DNA of 35,472 nucleotides from a virus (Duplodnaviria; Caudoviricetes): IMG/VR virus record IMGVR_UViG_3300032219_000334, positions 1 to 35,472 of that record; one strand, 5' to 3'. Shown piece by piece: positions 35,452 to 35,472 of this stretch (position 1 is its first letter; each line of letters starts with the position of its first letter). The notes under the pieces were generated by a model. It saw only the letters and a program-made list of their open reading frames with translations, ran no database searches and was not told where the DNA came from. The position numbers and the translations under genes were made by a program.

Positions 35452-35472
35452 TGCTTTCCCCTTACCATTTAA
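35350..35472. repeat. Direct terminal repeat, right copy
   Basis: Identical to 1-123. Confidence 0.97.

Noticed and set aside
1-35472. Stop-codon reassignment
   Set aside because: Standard-code ORFs tile the genome densely, and TAA, TAG and TGA all terminate genes.

Overview
The window is an apparently complete ~35.3 kb tailed-phage genome. Bases 1-123 equal 35350-35472, which indicates a circular contig. Its architecture is P22-like (podovirus). Most genes are on the minus strand: a replication/recombination operon (YdaU-type initiator, stand-alone primase Zn finger, SF4 helicase, VRR-NUC, Ref-like nuclease) and a long late operon (TerS, TerL, portal, scaffold, major capsid, adaptor, tail hub, ejection proteins, fibre modules, holin, lysozyme). 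A short plus-strand early operon encodes Erf, an SSB-like protein and an HTH protein. I found no integrase, DNA polymerase, tRNA, CRISPR array or reverse transcriptase. The gene set looks like that of aquatic proteobacterial phages, but the host is an inference. The most notable observations are: (i) a P4-CI/C4-like structured leader RNA with a loop-bulge pseudoknot and terminator in front of the replication operon, plus a candidate downstream target; (ii) three putative DNA-modification modules (PAPS-reductase-like, Dam-like, GREB1/TET-associated glycosyltransferase plus partner) interleaved with core replication genes, with no hydroxymethyl-base enzyme; (iii) an antisense, separately promoted, hyper-acidic aromatic miniprotein (DNA-mimic candidate) near four tiny Lys-rich genes; (iv) three GT2 glycosyltransferases and an ART-like protein in the head/packaging module; (v) a second structured RNA carrying an anti-SD sequence. 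All family calls come from manual motif recognition; no searches were run.
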